Virus record (IMG/VR): IMGVR_UViG_3300031417_000416
DNA from: a virus
Direction: 5' to 3' (one strand)
Length of the DNA: 64,000 nt
In this document: piece by piece, positions 1 to 8,472 of the stretch
How positions within the stretch are numbered: the first letter of the stretch is position 1
How the letters are laid out: every line of letters starts with the position of its first letter
Program-made: the position numbers and the translations under genes
Notes under the pieces: generated by a model
The model's input: only the letters and a program-made list of their open reading frames with translations
Told to the model about the DNA's origin: nothing
Databases searched by the model: none

Positions 1-219
1 CACTTCTTCCGTCCTCAGCTGATCGGCGGCACGACGCGCCTGCCCTTCATGTGGGTGCTCATCGGCATCATCGGAGGCGTGGAGACTATCGGTCTGCTCG
101 GCCTCTTCGTCGGTCCCGCGGTCATGGCCGCCTTCATCCTCGTGTGGCGAGACTTCGTCGAACGTGCACCTGCATCGCCTACGCAGCCCGTCGCACCCGC
201 GACACCCGTCAATCCATAA
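1..219 (+). CDS. AI-2E family (PerM/UPF0118) transporter, C-terminal fragment (5' end outside window)
   Basis: Frame-1 translation (not in ORF track): HFFRPQLIGGTTRLPFMWVLIGIIGGVETIGLLGLFVGPAVMAAFILVW, the typical AI-2E C-terminal motif; TAA at 217-219. Confidence 0.75.
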   Translation, partial: HFFRPQLIGGTTRLPFMWVLIGIIGGVETIGLLGLFVGPAVMAAFILVWRDFVERAPASPTQPVAPATPVNP

Positions 220-231
220 GGATATAGACAC

Positions 232-519
232 ATGGACAACATCGAGCCCACCGAATTGGCCATCCTCGCGCAGACCCTGGAAGACGACGCGACACCGCAG
301 GACATGACGCTGGTCATCAACCTGCGGGTTCTGAACGAGCGGCGTCTTCGCGGAATCGCCGCCGATCGCATGTCGCGCAGCGGCTTCGACATGGATCCGC
401 AGAGGCACGTCGACGGCCCACTGGATGAGCTCGTCTACGAGGCGATGTTCGGCAGCAATCCAGACCCCCTCGGTCCCGACCAGCTCGGCATCGAGATCGT
501 CTCCACGGAAGTCCGGTGA
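232..519 (+). CDS. hypothetical protein
   Basis: AAGGA upstream, GC3-rich codons, GTGA overlap with next ORF. Confidence 0.6.
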   Translation: MDNIEPTELAILAQTLEDDATPQDMTLVINLRVLNERRLRGIAADRMSRSGFDMDPQRHVDGPLDELVYEAMFGSNPDPLGPDQLGIEIVSTEVR

Positions 520-785
520 AGACGCTGCAGATCAAGACCGGGCGGTGGTACGCCGTGCCCGGTCCGGACGGGGCGCCCACCTACTCGCCGGTCGTGCCGG
601 GCATGTCGGCGCGCGACGTCGCCCGCGACATCGATCCGGAAAATCCACCCAAGGTGACGGAGGTCATGGGGACGGGTGTCCGGCTCCATGACGCGGAACG
701 GAAGGACGGCGAGGGCTGGCGGGTCTACGACAACAACGCGCAGGCACTGGCCGCCGCGGCGTTCAGGATCAGGGAGACGGCCTGA
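516..785 (+). CDS. hypothetical protein
   Basis: Translationally coupled on both sides (GTGA, TGATG). Confidence 0.6.
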   Translation: MKTLQIKTGRWYAVPGPDGAPTYSPVVPGMSARDVARDIDPENPPKVTEVMGTGVRLHDAERKDGEGWRVYDNNAQALAAAAFRIRETA

Positions 786-1501
786 TGGCACGGACCGAAC
801 AGTCCTTCGAGTTCCTCGGGGACCTGGTACGCATGGTCCAGGCGGGTGCGCTCGTTCCGGCCGCCTTCCAGCGCCAGTACGTCTGGAGCCGCCACGACAT
901 CGAGGAGATGTGGGCATCCATCGACATGCGCGATCCTCTCGGTGCCGTACTCCTGTGGCGTCCCGACGAAGAGGAGACGGCCCGGAGGCTCGCACGCGAG
1001 CGGCTCGGCCCGGTGACGGTCACGCCCGGCCCACGCACGGGACTGATCCTCGACGGCCAGAACAGGCTGGTGACGCTCGCCTGGTCGATGTTCGACCCCG
1101 ACGACATCGACGGGAATGCTCCGGGCGCGGAGATCTGGAGGAACGGCGACGGTCACGTGCTCGTCGCCGACCCGATCACCGATCCTTCCGCTCCCCGCAT
1201 CGTCTTCATGCCGCGCAGCGACGTGAAGGGCCTGATGATGCCGGTATGGCTGCTCTTCGACAATTCCGCATTCAACCGACACCTCCGCGAGAACTGGGAC
1301 ATCGACGACGCCGAGGAAGCCGGCAAGACCGCGGTCGACTGGCTCTCGCTGCTTCAGGAGGCGTCCCGTCAGGCACGCGTCGTCGTCTCGACCATACAGG
1401 GCGGCGACGCCGACGAGGCCAGACGGCGCTTCCTGCGCATCGCCCGGGTGGGCGTGCCGATGAGCGCATCGGACTTCGACGAGATCGCGACCGGATCGTG
1501 A
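785..1501 (+). CDS. DUF262 (GmrS-N/ParB-like) domain protein, stand-alone
   Basis: Motifs PAAFQRQYVWS, SIDMRDPLGAVLLW and ILDGQNRL. Confidence 0.75.
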   Translation: MARTEQSFEFLGDLVRMVQAGALVPAAFQRQYVWSRHDIEEMWASIDMRDPLGAVLLWRPDEEETARRLARERLGPVTVTPGPRTGLILDGQNRLVTLAWSMFDPDDIDGNAPGAEIWRNGDGHVLVADPITDPSAPRIVFMPRSDVKGLMMPVWLLFDNSAFNRHLRENWDIDDAEEAGKTAVDWLSLLQEASRQARVVVSTIQGGDADEARRRFLRIARVGVPMSASDFDEIATGS

Positions 1502-1950
1502 CCGCGATGCTGATGGCCGTCTCGCTGATGGTCGAGGACTGCGTCGTCGTCGGAGACAGCCTGGCAGCAGGCGTGGGCACGGCCATCAACCGGCAGGTCA
1601 CGGGAACGTCCTGCCGGATAGCCGCACGGCGCGAAGAGCCGGCCTCGCGGATACGCAGGACCATGGAGCCGGTCGTCGCGGACGTCGCGATCGTCTCCGC
1701 CGGCGCGAACGACGCCGCATCGCCAACGCTGGCCCAGGACATACGGATCATCCGATCGATGATCCGCGCGCGACAGGTGATATGGCTTCTACCGAGGAAT
1801 CGTCGAGCGGCCGCAGCTGCGCGCGCCGTCTGCCTGCGGACAGGCGACGTGGCGGTGGACCTGATCGGCTACGTCTCCGACGATGGAATACACCCTCGAG
1901 ACTACCGTCCTGTATCCCGACAGGCGTTCCGGACCACGACATGCGGATGA
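1498..1950 (+). CDS. small SGNH/GDSL-like hydrolase
   Basis: VVVGDSLAAG, SAGAND and DGIHP blocks; GTG start overlapping the DUF262 stop. Confidence 0.7.
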   Translation: MTAMLMAVSLMVEDCVVVGDSLAAGVGTAINRQVTGTSCRIAARREEPASRIRRTMEPVVADVAIVSAGANDAASPTLAQDIRIIRSMIRARQVIWLLPRNRRAAAAARAVCLRTGDVAVDLIGYVSDDGIHPRDYRPVSRQAFRTTTCG

Positions 1951-2417
1951 AGGACAACGAAATGGAAACGATGGACCTGTGGGACAATGCCGGCCCGTTC
2001 CTGTATCGGCACATGCCCGAGAACGGTCTCGCCGCCTTCTTCACCGAGGAGCGCGACATGCTCCAGATCAACGAGGACGGCGACGGCTACTGGCTCAGCG
2101 ACTCGGGAAGGCAGGGAGCCCACCGCCATGACACGCTTGCCGACGCCAAGGCGTCAGGCGACGAGCAGATCGCGGCCGCCGAGAGCACGCTGGATGCCAG
2201 GCTCCTGGCCGAGGCAGGTCTGCCTGCGGAATCATGGACGGTATCCTATCAGGACGGACTTCGCTTCGAGCAGAAGGACGGCGCGCTGTGGATCGTCGCC
2301 AACGATGGAACCGCAGGCACGCGACAGTCATGGGACCTGCTATCGGGCGACAAGACAGTCGTCGCAGGGGCCCGGGACATCGCGACGGTCGTCGCCGCGA
2401 TGCCCTCGAAGACCTGA
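1947..2417 (+). CDS. hypothetical protein
   Basis: ATGA overlap with upstream stop; acidic, natural composition. Confidence 0.55.
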   Translation: MKDNEMETMDLWDNAGPFLYRHMPENGLAAFFTEERDMLQINEDGDGYWLSDSGRQGAHRHDTLADAKASGDEQIAAAESTLDARLLAEAGLPAESWTVSYQDGLRFEQKDGALWIVANDGTAGTRQSWDLLSGDKTVVAGARDIATVVAAMPSKT

Positions 2418-2421
2418 TCGG

Positions 2422-2727
2422 TCAGGGCCGGCGATCGCCTCCGAAGGCCCCGCCGGCCCGCCGCTCCTGACGGTGCTCCGCCATCCTGCGATGGGCAGCG
2501 ACGAACTCGTTGCGGCTGATCGATCCCTCATGATTGGCGTCGATCCGGTCGAACATGCGCTCGGGAGAGCGCATCCCTCCGTTCGGGCCCGGACCGCGGT
2601 CCCCGCCCGGAGGTCCCATGCCGTGCTGGCTCTGCTGGTCTGACCAGCTGAAGGGAGCGGGACCAGCGGCAAGAGCCGGCAGCGGTGTCGCAAGCATGAT
2701 GGCAAACAGGACGTACGTGGACTTCAT
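2422..2727 (-). CDS. secreted EF-hand protein
   Basis: Signal peptide MKSTYVLFAIMLATPLPALA; EF-hand loop DANHEGSISRNEF; AAGGAAGA-like RBS. Confidence 0.7.
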   Translation of the reverse strand: MKSTYVLFAIMLATPLPALAAGPAPFSWSDQQSQHGMGPPGGDRGPGPNGGMRSPERMFDRIDANHEGSISRNEFVAAHRRMAEHRQERRAGGAFGGDRRP

Positions 2728-2844
2728 GGTGTCTTCCTTCGTGGAATGTGCGTGACATGCACGGTACGGGGTCTGAGGGACCAGCATTGCAGAGATGTTT
2801 CAGGATGTCGACGCATCCGCAGCGAACGACGAGGAGGAGGAACG

Positions 2845-3138
2845 ATGACCGATCCGATCGATCTGGCCCGCCGCATGGCAACCGCCATCATGCGCGATCG
2901 CACCGCCCGATCCTCTTCGCCGGTCGATGGCGACGGGCGTCAGCGCGTCACGTTCCAGCACATGCAGGCGTCACACGAGCTGGACGAGGCGATGACGGCG
3001 TTCTGTGCGGGGGTCGGGATGCCGGTCGTCATGCCGGAACAGTATTCGGACGCAGAGGCGCTGAAGAAGTGGACCGGTCACGACATCCCACAGGGATGGG
3101 ACGGCGCAGTGGCCGATTCGGACGCCGTCGTCGACTAG
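2845..3138 (+). CDS. hypothetical protein
   Basis: Strong GAGGAGGAGG RBS before ATG 2845. Confidence 0.6.
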   Translation: MTDPIDLARRMATAIMRDRTARSSSPVDGDGRQRVTFQHMQASHELDEAMTAFCAGVGMPVVMPEQYSDAEALKKWTGHDIPQGWDGAVADSDAVVD

Positions 3139-3240
3139 ACATGTTTCAGGATGACATTCATGCGCTAGTCGGTTAGCCTCGCTACGTCTCAGTATCGACG
3201 CGTAAGGACCGTCAGCATCACCGCCGGGGAGGCGCATTGC

Positions 3241-4308
3241 ATGCTAAACTACTGGAAGGCGCCGAACGGCCCTGTCGAGCGGGTGTATCTGCAGATCGCC
3301 CCGAACCGTCGCATCTACGGCCAGCGGGTGACTGGCGACCGCGTCGCATGGCGCGGAGACGGCATGGAGCCCGAGATCGCCGAGCAGACCGCCCGCCGGG
3401 AGATCGGCGATCTCCCGAGCTGGAGCGTGCTGCGCCGCATGGTGGATCCAGGCGTCCGGACCGCTGCCGATACGCCAGAGCAGGACGGTCCCGTCACCGG
3501 GCTGCGTGCCGAGCCCCTGCGACGCGAGCCGCCTGAAGCGCCCGCCCGCGTGCAGCGTCGCGAGGATCGTCGGGCCGCGCGGTCCGCCACGCCGAAGATC
3601 GACACCCCGTACGGAAAAAGGGACAGCGAGAAGCTCGATACCGCGAAGCTCGGTGCGCTTCCGCAGATCACCCGTCTCGTCGTCGATGTGCGCGAGCCAC
3701 GCGAGATCGCCGGCATACTCTCGCGCATCGAAAATCTCGAAGTCGAATATGCTCCGCTGGAACGCGGACGCTACATGGTGGACGGCTGCCTTGTCATCGA
3801 CCGCATATCGACGTTCGACCTGCATAGGGGAATCGTCGACGATCCGAAGCCCCTGCTGAAGCGCGTCTCCGATCTATCGGACGTAGACCACGCGACGCTG
3901 TTCGTCGTGGAGGGAGGCGCGAGGACGCATCGAAGGGCTTCCCTAGAGAGGATCGCCGGCGCGGTGTCGTACGTGTCCGTCGTCCACCGCGTGCCCATCA
4001 TCGAGACCATCGACGTATGGGAGACGGTCTACGTCATCGCGCGCGCCATCGGCCACGCCTGCCATCCCGTAGCTGACGATCTTCCGCAGCCGGGACATCG
4101 ACGCGGTGGACGCAAGGACCACCGCGTCTCGCCGCGATATGTTCTTGAAGGCATTCCCGGCGTATCGACGGTGCGTGCCGAGATGATCCTCGAGCGGTTC
4201 GGCTCGCTCAGGGCGGTCGCCGAAGCTCCGATCGAACAGCTTCTGGACCTGCCTGGCCTCGGACCGACCGTCGCGCAGGCGGTATACGACGCCTTCAACG
4301 GCACCTGA
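3241..4308 (+). CDS. ERCC4/XPF-family domain + (HhH)2 protein, catalytic residues degenerate
   Basis: VVDVRE motif; GRY in place of GDY and IDRIS in place of ERK; C-terminal LEGIPGV...RFGSL...LPGLG HhH pair. Confidence 0.75.
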   Translation: MLNYWKAPNGPVERVYLQIAPNRRIYGQRVTGDRVAWRGDGMEPEIAEQTARREIGDLPSWSVLRRMVDPGVRTAADTPEQDGPVTGLRAEPLRREPPEAPARVQRREDRRAARSATPKIDTPYGKRDSEKLDTAKLGALPQITRLVVDVREPREIAGILSRIENLEVEYAPLERGRYMVDGCLVIDRISTFDLHRGIVDDPKPLLKRVSDLSDVDHATLFVVEGGARTHRRASLERIAGAVSYVSVVHRVPIIETIDVWETVYVIARAIGHACHPVADDLPQPGHRRGGRKDHRVSPRYVLEGIPGVSTVRAEMILERFGSLRAVAEAPIEQLLDLPGLGPTVAQAVYDAFNGT

Positions 4309-4370
4309 TCGCACCAGTATGCACGTGCAGTGTCGGGGACGACGTTCGACGTCGGAGGAATTCCGACAGA

Positions 4371-4447
4371 TGGCGCCCACGGCAGGACTCGAACCTGCGA
4401 CCTACGCTTTCGGAAAGCGGCGCTCTATCCAGCTGAGCTACGTGGGC
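4371..4447 (-). tRNA. tRNA-Arg: tRNA-Arg(CCG)
   Basis: GCCCACG..CGTGGGC acceptor, loop TT-CCG-AA, GGTTCGAGTCC T-arm, encoded CCA. Confidence 0.95.
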
Positions 4448-4493
4448 CCGACGACGGAGCCTGCGAAGACCACATCGACGAAAGGAAAAGAAC

Positions 4494-4856
4494 ATGTCTG
4501 CAGACGCGCAGATCCTGGATCGCATCGACGTCCGCTGGTCCGTCAGGACGAGGAGCGTCGTCGACACGGTATTCGGCAAGGCGGTAGTGAACTGCAGCTT
4601 CAGCATCGTGCTGGGGACCTATGACGGGCCTACCACCCAGAAGACGCTTGCGGACAACATCAACGGCCGCGGCGTATACGAGGACGACATCGACAGCGTC
4701 TCGTGCATCGACGGCGATCCTTCGGTCACCGAGATCGTGCAGATCCTGGCGGCATGCAGCGTACGTCCCGAGGACGTTGTCGAGATGATCATTCAGGACG
4801 TGATCGTCGACGACGGTCACGAGATCGCCTCGAGCATCATGGAACCCCGTCGCTGA
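4494..4856 (+). CDS. hypothetical protein
   Basis: AAAGGAAAAG RBS; acidic 120-aa ORF. Confidence 0.6.
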   Translation: MSADAQILDRIDVRWSVRTRSVVDTVFGKAVVNCSFSIVLGTYDGPTTQKTLADNINGRGVYEDDIDSVSCIDGDPSVTEIVQILAACSVRPEDVVEMIIQDVIVDDGHEIASSIMEPRR

Positions 4857-4887
4857 CCGACGTCGTCACACAAGCGAGGAAAAAGGT

Positions 4888-5424
4888 ATGCAAGACGAAA
4901 GACCGGGCGTCGACCTGGGCAAGCGCGACGGTCCGGTGGATCCCGCCCGCAAGGACGAGTATCTCGGGCCACCGAGGGACGGCAATGTGGCCCTGTCCAG
5001 GAAGCTGATGATCTGCGTGGCCCTGGTGATCGCCGTCATTGTCGCCCTCCTGGTCGTCGGGCGCAGCAGGCAGGCACCGTCACCGCCGCCTGCCGCTCCG
5101 GTGTCGACGCCGGTACGTCGTCAGGCGATCGTGGAGCAGGCGGCACCGGAAGCGGAGCCGGTGGCCGAACCCGTCGAGGAGCCCGTCGATCCTCTGGAGA
5201 CCGCGCGAGAGAAAATCTGCCGCTCGATCGCGAGCGAGTTCGTCGACACGCCGACGCCGACGCAGGAGCAGATGCGACGTACGCTGACCATCTACAACCT
5301 CAACGAGTGCAGCAACCGCTACATCCGCGACAAGGACGCAGAAGGGCGAGGGCTCGACAAGGCCGAGCTCCAAGCCGTCCAGGCGCAGGAGAGCGTCGGC
5401 CCGCTGCGGCTCGAGGACAAGTAG
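4888..5424 (+). CDS. single-pass membrane hypothetical protein
   Basis: Hydrophobic LMICVALVIAVIVALLVVG segment followed by a Pro/Glu linker. Confidence 0.6.
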   Translation: MQDERPGVDLGKRDGPVDPARKDEYLGPPRDGNVALSRKLMICVALVIAVIVALLVVGRSRQAPSPPPAAPVSTPVRRQAIVEQAAPEAEPVAEPVEEPVDPLETAREKICRSIASEFVDTPTPTQEQMRRTLTIYNLNECSNRYIRDKDAEGRGLDKAELQAVQAQESVGPLRLEDK

Positions 5425-5444
5425 GAAGCCGTCGCCGGCCTGAC

Positions 5445-5521
5445 TGGCGCCCTCCACAGGAGTCGAACCTGTGACCTCAGCCTCCGCAAGGCTGCGCTCT
5501 ATCCGGCTGAGCTAGGAGGGC
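5445..5521 (-). tRNA. tRNA-Arg: tRNA-Arg(GCG), rare isoacceptor
   Basis: GCCCTCC..GGAGGGC acceptor, anticodon arm CAGCC-TTGCGGA-GGCTG, A20 in D-loop, encoded CCA. Confidence 0.92.
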
Positions 5522-5551
5522 CGGCGTTCCCGAAGGAACGTCGTATAGGTC

Positions 5552-5628
<77 letters not shown>

Positions 5629-5673
5629 GCAAACTCTGAAAATCGTAGACAACCAAGCAAGAGGAGAATCCCC

Positions 5674-5949
5674 ATGCCTATCGTCCGTGTAACCGTTGCA
5701 GAAGACGTCGAAGTGCCCGAGGGCAGCGTCGTTGTCCTCGCTCCCACCGGGGTCGTCTCGGCGATCCGTCTTCCCGACGGGACCGAGATCAAGCCCTGGA
5801 TCACCTACGAGGCGGACGCCGACACCGATCAGCCGCGCGATCTCTCCTTCGAGGAACTCGCGGCGTTCGGCGTCGATACCGGCCTAGACTACAGCCGTCA
5901 GATCGAAGGCGATCTCGAGGAGATCCAGCCTCAGACACTTGCGGCCTAG
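5674..5949 (+). CDS. hypothetical protein
   Basis: AGGAGA RBS; 91 aa, antisense to the flanking tRNAs. Confidence 0.65.
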   Translation: MPIVRVTVAEDVEVPEGSVVVLAPTGVVSAIRLPDGTEIKPWITYEADADTDQPRDLSFEELAAFGVDTGLDYSRQIEGDLEEIQPQTLAA

Positions 5950-5957
5950 TCGAAGAA

Positions 5958-6045
5958 TGGTGGGTAGGGCTGGATTCGAACCAGCGTAGGGGTTTCCCCC
6001 GCCAGATTTACAGTCTGGTGCCTTTAGCCACTCGGCCACCTACCC
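5958..6045 (-). tRNA. tRNA-Tyr: tRNA-Tyr(GTA)
   Basis: GGGTAGG acceptor, loop CT-GTA-AA, long variable arm, encoded CCA. Confidence 0.95.
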
Positions 6046-6074
6046 ATTGGGAAAGTATCCATACCTGATCCAAC

Positions 6075-6149
6075 TGGCTCCCTGAGTAGGACTCGAACCT
6101 ACGACCCACGCATTAACAGTGCGATGCTCTACCACTGAGCTATCAGGGA
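6075..6149 (-). tRNA. tRNA-Asn: tRNA-Asn(GTT)
   Basis: TCCCTGA..TCAGGGA acceptor, loop CT-GTT-AA, encoded CCA. Confidence 0.95.
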
Positions 6150-6167
6150 ATGTAGTTGGATCAGGAA

Positions 6168-6242
6168 TGGAGCGGGTAAGGGGATTCGAACCCCTGTCCT
6201 CAGCTTGGAAGGCTGCTGCACTAACCCCTGTGCTACACCCGC
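6168..6242 (-). tRNA. tRNA-Gly: tRNA-Gly(TCC)
   Basis: GCGGGTG acceptor, loop CT-TCC-AA, encoded CCA. Confidence 0.95.
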
Positions 6243-6305
6243 GTTCCCAATCATTGTATTCTACAGTATTGTATTACGTCACATAGTCAACTCCTAGTTA
6301 AGTGA

Positions 6306-6380
6306 TGGAGCGGGCGAAGGGATTCGAACCCTCGACCCCAACCTTGGCAAGGTTGTGCTCTACCCCTGAGCTACGCCCGC
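6306..6380 (-). tRNA. tRNA-Gly: tRNA-Gly(GCC)
   Basis: GCGGGCG..CGCCCGC acceptor, loop TT-GCC-AA, encoded CCA. Confidence 0.95.
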
Positions 6381-6458
6381 TTGCTTCAGCACTTGGTCTG
6401 TTCCTTTTTGATTGTTCAACCGCGATCGAATGTCAATCACTTATTTCAGGATGCTGCG

Positions 6459-6725
6459 ATGATCGACGACATCAAGGACGTCACCTCTCATACCGAGGGC
6501 AATATCCTCTACGAAGGCACCGCCCGCTTCCTTGCGGAAGGCGATGAGTATGCATCGCAGGCCTGGCGCTTCCGTGCGAACGACGAGGCCGGCGCCCTTG
6601 AGACGCTGGACCGTCTGTCCGACGGATGCATGTACGCCGATCCCCGCATCGACTACGTCCGGGACTTCGAGGTCGAGGAGCAGGCCGACGTGCTGGACGA
6701 GGACAGCAAACCCGTCGGAGCCTGA
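6459..6725 (+). CDS. hypothetical protein
   Basis: Acidic 88-aa ORF between tRNAs; CAGGA upstream. Confidence 0.55.
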   Translation: MIDDIKDVTSHTEGNILYEGTARFLAEGDEYASQAWRFRANDEAGALETLDRLSDGCMYADPRIDYVRDFEVEEQADVLDEDSKPVGA

Positions 6726-6775
6726 CGCCCCGACGGTTAGTTCGGAATTACACCAACGATGTCAAAGAGCGGATC

Positions 6776-6852
6776 TGGGGCGACCGACGGGGTTCGAACC
6801 CGCGGCATCGGGCACCACAAGCCCGCGCTCTACCGACTGAGCTACAGCCGCC
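6776..6852 (-). tRNA. tRNA-His: tRNA-His(GTG) with encoded G-1:C73
   Basis: G-GCGGCTG..CGGTCGC-C-CCA; arm CGGGC-TTGTGGT-GCCCG. Confidence 0.93.
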
Positions 6853-7090
6853 ATCAGATCCAACTCGCCCACGATGGAACGCGGACGAACGTCATTGTTC
6901 AGATCAGGCCTGCGCCTGGTCGATGTGTCTGGGGTCGGTTGTGTGGTAAGTCGAGGGAGATCGCGCAGATCTGTCTTCTACCGGCCAGCGCCCAGTCTAT
7001 CGACCGGGGCGCGAACGAACACCCCGGGGTCAGAGACCTCGGTTATATCGCCCGTTATTGTGATGCCGAATCTGCGTCATGATGCGGTGG

Positions 7091-7118
7091 ATAATAGAGA
7101 CACCCGGAAATTTGACAA
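7091..7118 (-). promoter_or_regulatory. putative sigma70-like promoter facing tRNA-His
   Basis: TTGTCA-N16-TATTAT on the minus strand, partly inside the imperfect palindrome CCGGAAATTT...AAAATTCCGG. Confidence 0.35.
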
Positions 7119-7168
7119 TAGGCAAAATTCCGGATGACGAAAAATCCGGTCCGGAACAGGGACGCCGG

Positions 7169-7209
7169 CTAGCGGCTAGCGGAACGGGGACGTCGACTAG
7201 CGGCTAGCG
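7169..7209. repeat. 13-bp direct repeat CTAGCGGCTAGCG x2
   Basis: Copies at 7169-7181 and 7197-7209. Confidence 0.8.
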
Positions 7210-7451
7210 ATCGCGACGTCGTAGCGCACGTTGCTGCGCAGCGGTCGCATGTCCGAAGAGGCGACGACGATGCGGTCGTGCCTGCGCTCCATCTCGAGAT
7301 AGGCTGACGCGTCGTCATGTGCGGCGGTCATTGCGGCCATCCGCACGACTCGCAGCCGATCCTCCGTGGTCGGAGCCGGATGTGCGGTCTGGGCCGAGGC
7401 CGACGCCGCAAGAAGCAGGGCGGCCCCTGCGCTGAACATGCTTGCCATCAT
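7197..7451 (-). CDS. small secreted hypothetical protein
   Basis: Signal peptide-like MMASMFSAGAALLLAASASA. Confidence 0.5.
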   Translation of the reverse strand: MMASMFSAGAALLLAASASAQTAHPAPTTEDRLRVVRMAAMTAAHDDASAYLEMERRHDRIVVASSDMRPLRSNVRYDVAIASR

Positions 7452-7544
7452 GACCGGTACAACGGACGATGCGGCCGAAAGTGCCACCACGGATGCCCGA
7501 CGTGCTCGGGTGAAGACATGATCAGGAACAGAAAGGAAAAGACC

Positions 7545-8462
7545 ATGGTCCAGATGGGACTGCCGCCCGTGATCTCGCTTACCGGCGTCGGCCAGGTCGG
7601 CAAGAGCGAGGTCGCCAGGTATCTGAAGGAACGCTACGGCTACGGCGGCGACCATATCAACGAGCCGATGGTGGCGATGGCCATTCCGCTGCTCGAGCGG
7701 ATGGGGTGCACGCACGAGGACGCGGTCTCGCGTCTGACCACCGCTCGCAAGGCGGAGGCCATACCCGGCTATGAGTGGCTCACGGGTAGGAAGATCCTCC
7801 AGGCGGTCGGCTACGATCTTCGCAATGCCCTAGGGCGTCTGACGGACGAGTCCGTCGATGCCGTCGACGAGGGGTTCTTCCTCGACATGTGGGAACGACG
7901 TCACGCGCACTTCGAGCGTCTCGTCAACGAGTCGGCCCGATATCCGGTCGAGATCGACTGGACGGAGGACCGCGGCGGCATCGTCATCCTCGTGGACGCC
8001 AAGGACGCGGAGGCCGCGAACGGACATATCTCCGAGACCAAGTCGCTTCCCCATGACTATCTCCTGTTCAACGACTTCGACGGCCTGTCTCGCCTCCACG
8101 CCAAGGTGGATGCGATCCTCATGCAGTGGAGCGCTCCGGACAACAGGCCGGAGGAACTCGCCGAACGTCGCCAGCTCCGTCTCTTCACGGACAACCCGGG
8201 TCTATGCTTCGAGGTCGACGGGCAGGTGCGCTACGGCGAGGAGAACGGACGATCGGCCTTCGAGGCCCTGGAAGGCGCCATGGCCGACACGCTGGTCGCA
8301 CGTGTCCGCCAGCGCTTTCCCGGCAGCGACGCCAAGATCGTCGAGATGGAACGATGGCTGGAAGGACAGCGCAGGATGGAGCGCATGCGGGCAGCGCTCG
8401 TCATCTCGCACTTCGGGGTCGCGGACTTCAATGCACGCTATGCCGCCCTGAAGGCGGCCTGA
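7545..8462 (+). CDS. phage-type deoxynucleoside monophosphate kinase (T4 gp1-like) with C-terminal extension
   Basis: P-loop ISLTGVGQVGKS, GRKILQAVGYDLR, ESARYPVEIDWTEDRGGIVI; AAAGGAAAAG RBS. Confidence 0.7.
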   Translation: MVQMGLPPVISLTGVGQVGKSEVARYLKERYGYGGDHINEPMVAMAIPLLERMGCTHEDAVSRLTTARKAEAIPGYEWLTGRKILQAVGYDLRNALGRLTDESVDAVDEGFFLDMWERRHAHFERLVNESARYPVEIDWTEDRGGIVILVDAKDAEAANGHISETKSLPHDYLLFNDFDGLSRLHAKVDAILMQWSAPDNRPEELAERRQLRLFTDNPGLCFEVDGQVRYGEENGRSAFEALEGAMADTLVARVRQRFPGSDAKIVEMERWLEGQRRMERMRAALVISHFGVADFNARYAALKAA

Positions 8463-8472
8463 GGAGGAGCAC

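Noticed and set aside
785-1501. Complete GmrSD/SspE restriction system
   Set aside because: Only the DUF262 half is present; there is no HNH/DUF1524 domain nearby
6853-7100. tmRNA or a further tRNA upstream of tRNA-His
   Set aside because: No T-arm/CCA acceptor end or tag reading frame could be found; kept only as an unexplained tract
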